Part shown: one piece after another, positions 59,509 through 64,000 of the stretch | Layout: every line of letters starts with the position of its first letter | Position numbering within the stretch: the first letter of the stretch is position 1 | NCBI GenBank assembly: GCA_963717145.1 | Contig: OY970325.1 | Span: 736,001 to 800,000 of the forward strand | Origin: an uncultured Armatimonadetes bacterium | GTDB taxonomy: Bacteria > Armatimonadota > UBA5829 > DTJY01 | Direction: 5' to 3' | DNA: 64,000 nt | Position numbers and translations under genes: made by a program | The notes under the pieces: generated by a model | What the model was told of the DNA's origin: nothing | Database searches by the model: none | What the model saw: the letters and a program-made list of their open reading frames with translations, nothing else

Positions 59509-60453
59509 TCAGTCGGTTGAGGATGGCTTCGAGCTGATGACCTGAAGACCATCCTGAGCGCCGGGGGACAGCGGGCGCAGGGCGTATGCCGGGCATAGCT
59601 TCGGCCTCTTGCCGAACAAGTCGCTGATGATGCCGTCGTCGAGGATCGGGGCCGGCTGCGTGACGCTTGCGAGTTGCGGCATCTTCGGCGCGAGTCGGGA
59701 GCGATAGGCTGCGTACTGGCTCGGTGATTCATATACGACCAGCAGGTTGGTCAGACTGCGCCCCGGTCTGCTGACGATCTTGCCGCGATAGTAGAGCGCG
59801 GTCGAGCTTCCCCCGTCGAGGTCTATCGCATCGACAGCGCCGAGATGGATCATCAGTTTGGCCAAGTCGCTCAGGCTCACCGGCTTGTCTACGGCTACCA
59901 TGAGCAGCTTGTTGCTCTTAGTGAGTCCGGCCGCCACCCGCCGTTTCTGTCGGAAGATCTCGGGGTCACTGAAGCCTTCGCTCTTCGGCGCCAGCGCCAC
60001 TTTGCCTGCTCGGACCAGAGTCGGGCCGCCACACATCACCGCCGTGCATCCCTGCCAGCCGGACGCCCTGCCGTCCTTCAGTGTCTTGAACTCCACGCGG
60101 CCGTCATCCATGATGCAGAGTCCAGTGCCGACCGATCCGTGGTGCATCTGCCGGCCCTCGATGACGATATCGCCGGTGGGCTGGAGGCTTCTCGTGCAGA
60201 AAAAGGTGCCTGTGATCGCGGCTGTGGGATGCAGCCGCTTGACTATCGAGCCGAAGCCTTCCGATGACCCCGTGCCCTTCTTCGCCAGGGCGGGCGTGAC
60301 TCGGACGTTCGGGGAGTTCATGTTGACGTAGACAATGTTAGCCGCGATACGGTTCCAGGTAGTCCTGGCATAGGAGATGCTTGCTCCCAGGGCCGGCTCA
60401 CGAATTGAGAGAGCGATGAAAGCAGTGCAGAGAATCAGCAGTCTGTGTTTCAT
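59509..60453 (-). CDS. Secreted phosphodiester glycosidase (NAGPA/DUF2233) family protein
   Basis: AAITGTFF, GGPTLV, AIDLDGGSST. Confidence 0.88.
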   Translation of the reverse strand: MKHRLLILCTAFIALSIREPALGASISYARTTWNRIAANIVYVNMNSPNVRVTPALAKKGTGSSEGFGSIVKRLHPTAAITGTFFCTRSLQPTGDIVIEGRQMHHGSVGTGLCIMDDGRVEFKTLKDGRASGWQGCTAVMCGGPTLVRAGKVALAPKSEGFSDPEIFRQKRRVAAGLTKSNKLLMVAVDKPVSLSDLAKLMIHLGAVDAIDLDGGSSTALYYRGKIVSRPGRSLTNLLVVYESPSQYAAYRSRLAPKMPQLASVTQPAPILDDGIISDLFGKRPKLCPAYALRPLSPGAQDGLQVISSKPSSTD

Positions 60454-60605
60454 GGTAGTTCTCCTCGACACTAGCTCTACCTGGGGAAGCTGCATTTATC
60501 GTGCCGAACTACCTACGGCATATACCGGTTTTGCCAGGCAAATGTGACAGATTGTTGCGGGATTCGACGAGGCATAGGTATTTTTACCAGTTTTTTCGCG
60601 AAAGC

Positions 60606-60634
60606 TTGACAGGAAGGCTACCGGCAAATATACT
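60606..60634 (+). promoter_or_regulatory. sigma70-type promoter ~340 nt upstream of the amidase
   Basis: TTGACA-17 nt-TATACT. Confidence 0.75.
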
Positions 60635-60640
60635 GGGTAT

Positions 60641-60865
60641 GGTCTGAGGGTCGCCGCTAGACGGACGGCGGCTCGCAGCCGGCCACCACTATGTCATGGC
60701 TGGTGGCACTTCCGAAACGCTCCGCTTTACGATTAGTTCTCGCTTGGAGTGACGGAGATGCTGCGGCTGGTGTATTCCACACATAGCCTCGCCTCGGTTC
60801 ATCTTGAGCTGTGCAAAGCCCGGTTCTTTTGCGCGTCTTCCTGACGCGCGGGAATCGGGCTTTTT
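60641..60865 (+). promoter_or_regulatory. Candidate structured leader RNA ending in a terminator-like hairpin
   Basis: Nested stems found by eye; hairpin 60815-60863 runs into a U tract. Confidence 0.45.
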
Positions 60866-60971
60866 CGCGCTTGCGGCTTCTTCATCAAAGGGAGGTGGTA
60901 AGTCGGGTTTCTGAAACGTCCCTGTCCCCGGCCAACAAAGGCCAAGATAACAGCGAAGGAGGATTCAAGTA

Positions 60972-63560
60972 GTGTTATCAAGCAATCGAAAGGTAATCAT
61001 GTTTGCGCTAGGCATCTGTCTGATGCTGGTATCGGCAGCAGCTATGGCGCAGACTCCCGCTGATGCGGTGGCGGATGCCGTCGCCAACAGCGGCGTGTTC
61101 CCCGCGGGAACGACTGTAGTCAGCGTATCGGCTATCGGCGACAGCATCATCGTAGAGCTGAGCGCCGAGGCCGTCACGGCCGATTTCGGTGACACGCTCG
61201 CCGACAACATGGTCGAGGCGATCTGCGCAGCCGTCGGTGAGTTCCCTGAGTTGACAAACATCGAGGTGACGGTTGGCGGCCAGCCCCTGTGGTCGTATCT
61301 CCCGGCCCCAACGGAGCAGCCTGCGGGATCCGGACTCGGCGCTCTATCGCTCGGCTCCCCGGTCGGCGGCATCCTCAGTTCCCAGAGCCCGATTGTCCCG
61401 CCGATCATTGCCGCCCCCACTTCTAGCGAACTGGCCGGCAAGCTGGTGGTTCTGCACCCCAGCCACGGCAGCTATGTCTACAGCACCACCGCAGGTTGGT
61501 ATCGTTCCATGCGAACGTACTGCGGCCCGAATCCCGTGACGAGCCCGCCCCCTCTGGGCGGCGCCGCGTATCAGCCCAGCGACTACTACTACTGGACCAT
61601 GGGTTTCCAGTGGCCGATGTCCTACGAGGACGAGATGTCTCCTGAGACCATCAGGTTCCTCTATGCCTACTGTCAGTCCTCTGGTGCGGCGACTTTCTGT
61701 TCCAGGAACCTCGACAAGACCGCCGGCAACTTCCCTGCCGGCTGGGGCGGCTATCCCAACAAAGGAAATGCCACAGCGTATCCGGTGCCCAAGTGGCGGG
61801 CCGGTGCCAAGTACAATCTGCAGGATAAGGGCGTGCCGGAGTGGGTGTGGAACGAGCCGTCACTTACAACACAGGCCGACAAGGACCTCCGCGCCAGACC
61901 GTACTACGCGAACTACCTGATGGAAACGCTTGGCTACAACGAGGATAACAGTGTATCGTTCAGCCTGCATACCAATGCTGCGGGCGCTGGTACTGCCAGG
62001 GGGACGGAGACATACTGGTACACCACGAAGTATCCGTACCTGCAGACGCGGGCGCAGGCTTTCTGCGCTCAGATGGAGGCTGGTGTCGTCGGCGCCATTC
62101 GCAACCAGTACGATGGCGTCTGGGCGGAGCCGATATACAAGACTCCTCCTCCTGCAAGGCCGGAATGGCCGACGGCACCTACTACGGCTATCAGCAGAAC
62201 GGTGGGTCTACGACCAGATGGCAGGATCGAGGCGTGAAGACCACCAACTTCGGCGAGATCCGTGAGGCGAAGATGCCCGCTCAGTTGATGGAGCTTCTGT
62301 TCCACGACGACTGGAAGTTCTACCCGGATCAGGTATTCTACCAGGATCCCATCTTCCGTATCTACTGTTGGCTGGGGCATGTACACCGGCATCTGCAACT
62401 ACTTCGGCGTTACTCCGAAGGCCAGACTCAATGCGAGCGTTGACGCGGTCAGCTTCCCGACACTGGTTGGCCCGAACGCGGCGATCAGCGGTACGATCAC
62501 CATGAAGAACCTGGGCCAGGCATGGTGCTGGGGTAAGAAGCAGGTGGGTACTACTTCTCTCGTCCCATACAACGTATGGATGCTCAAGGGAGACGCCGCC
62601 GATCAGTTCGGCGCGGCCGGCACGAAGATCGACCTGGCGAACGACGGCAACTACTACCCCGGCGACAACGCTGAGTTCGCTGTCAGCCTGACCTCTCCTG
62701 CCACCACCGGTCTCTATACGACCTCGTGGCAGATGCTCAAGGACGATTCGAAGGGCGGATCCTTCGGCGCAGTCGCTTCCGCGCAGATCCAGGTGGATGC
62801 TGATGCTCCCGAGATCACGATCACTGCTCCGGTCGAGGGCCAGCTCTACGGTCCGAGCGTGGCAGTCGAGTTCAGCGCGACTGATGTTCTGAGCGAGGTC
62901 GTCAGCCTGACCGCCAACATCGACGGGAATTCCGTCGAGAGCGGTGCGAGCGTGACCTTGGCTAGCGGCACTCATGTACTGACCGTGGTTGCTGTCGACA
63001 CGTTCGACAACACCGCGACTCAGTCCGTGACCTTCCAAGTGGACGCCAACGCTCCGGTGATCACGATCGCTTCGCCGGCAGGCGTTTACCCGCACTGCGG
63101 CACCGTGGCGGTCTCCTTCGGCGCTACCGACGAGCCCGCTGGTGTGGCTGAGGTGACTGCGACCATCGACGGCAATCCCATCGCGAACGGCGCATCTATC
63201 GGCCTGCTGTGGGGCGCCCTCGGGACGCACACTCTCGCGGTGACGGCTACCGACACCGTTGGCAACACTAGCAGCTCCAGCGTGTCGTTCGGGGTCATTG
63301 CGACTATCGAGAGCCTGATCTGTGCATGCAACCAGTTGTATGCCGAGGGTCAGATCGACAACGAGGGCATACTGAACAGCCTGCTTGTCAAGCTGGCAAA
63401 GTACGAGAAGGACAACGGCGATGTCCCCGATGCGAAGAACTACCTGAAGAACTTCATCAATCATGTAGAAGCGCAGTCGGGCAAGCACATGAGCGTTGCG
63501 GCAGCCAACCTGCTGCTCTCTGACGCTGCTTACATCATCGCTCACCTGCCCGGTTCGTAG
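60972..63560 (+). CDS. Secreted N-acetylmuramoyl-L-alanine amidase (Amidase_3-like) with GerMN-like, Ig-like and FIMAH-like domains; indels near 62178 and 62370
   Basis: Zn-ligand pattern LHPSHG..YED..SLHTNA..MELLFHD across three frames; AAGGAGG RBS; helical tail SLLVKL..FINHVEAQSGKH. Confidence 0.78.
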
Positions 63561-63613
63561 CCGGCACCGGTCAATACACCTCGAGGTCTGCCCCGACTTC
63601 GAGCTTCTGCGGA

Positions 63614-63647
63614 AACCAGGCCCGGGATTCTCCTCCCGGGCCTGGTT
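63614..63647 (+). terminator. Hairpin after the amidase gene
   Basis: aaccaggcccggga-ttctcc-tcccgggcctggtt. Confidence 0.7.
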
Positions 63648-63752
63648 CATTCCAGCCCGCAGTTCCCTTGACCCTGAATGCCACATTGTGTATGCTATGT
63701 CTGGCCTTCGGACCACCGAAGGAGTAAGCCACATATCAAGGCAGGGGGATTC

Positions 63753-64000
63753 ATGGCACAGGACAAGCACAGTTTGCTCCGTTCGCTCAGGACGGAAGAC
63801 AGCAAGTTGAAGGAATACGGGCTGGCGGAACTACCGCCGCCGGGCGCATACACTCACAGAGAGCGCTATCGAAGGATCATGCACTTCCAGAGCGTCGATC
63901 GGGTTCCGAACCACGAGTTCGGCTACTGGGACGACACGCTCGTGCGCTGGCATGACGAGGGCCTCCCCAAAGAGGTCGACTCCAACTGGGCGGCCGATGT
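63753..64000 (+). CDS. URO-D family protein, truncated by the window end
   Basis: THRERYRRIMHFQSVDRVPNHEFGYWDDTLVRWHDEGLP resembles the N-terminus of 7846-8862. Confidence 0.75.
   Translation, partial: MAQDKHSLLRSLRTEDSKLKEYGLAELPPPGAYTHRERYRRIMHFQSVDRVPNHEFGYWDDTLVRWHDEGLPKEVDSNWAAD

Noticed and set aside
5505..62370. Programmed frameshifting or phase variation in serA, the RsbU-like gene, Gfo2, the amidase and others
   Set aside because: Single-base indels are scattered over unrelated genes, some in short homopolymers, with no shared slippery motif; uncorrected long-read error is the simpler explanation
3532..63770. Long antisense ORFs (e.g. 3532-4932, 8759-10273, 50810-52054, 62208-63770)
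   Set aside because: Shadows of real genes in GC-rich DNA with no recognisable motifs
1..64000. CRISPR array, tRNA or rRNA genes
   Set aside because: Repeats are dispersed palindromes or short tandem arrays, not regularly spaced repeat-spacer units; no cas genes, cloverleaf or rRNA signatures were seen

Overview
GC-rich bacterial chromosomal window, probably from an anaerobic, sugar-using bacterium with many exported proteins. The gene content is suggestive of an Armatimonadota-like genome, but taxonomy cannot be fixed from this window. Housekeeping genes: tsaB, serA, rpmE-thyX-DUF1385-prfA-prmC and an S1-domain gene. Energy metabolism: an hdrCBA-mvhD/flx electron-bifurcation operon with one MNT-HEPN toxin-antitoxin pair inside it, a second immediately after it, and a Rex-like palindrome over its -35 box. 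Other content: an orphan glycyl-radical enzyme; a ~13 kb mostly exported Gfo/Idh/MocA + TIM-barrel + DUF6807 + ApbE + symporter locus; a degenerate RsbU/RsbW-like pair; an ECF sigma fused to a zinc anti-sigma domain; several secreted proteins with unusual domain fusions; one rve/DDE insertion sequence; and an amidase gene with a long structured leader. At least eight families of short palindromic or tandem repeats occupy intergenic gaps, and several sit in frame inside genes (tsaB, a GH127-like gene, the glycyl-radical enzyme). Eight genes carry indels, most plausibly long-read errors. No tRNA, rRNA or CRISPR array was seen. All family assignments are by-eye motif recognition, not database searches.
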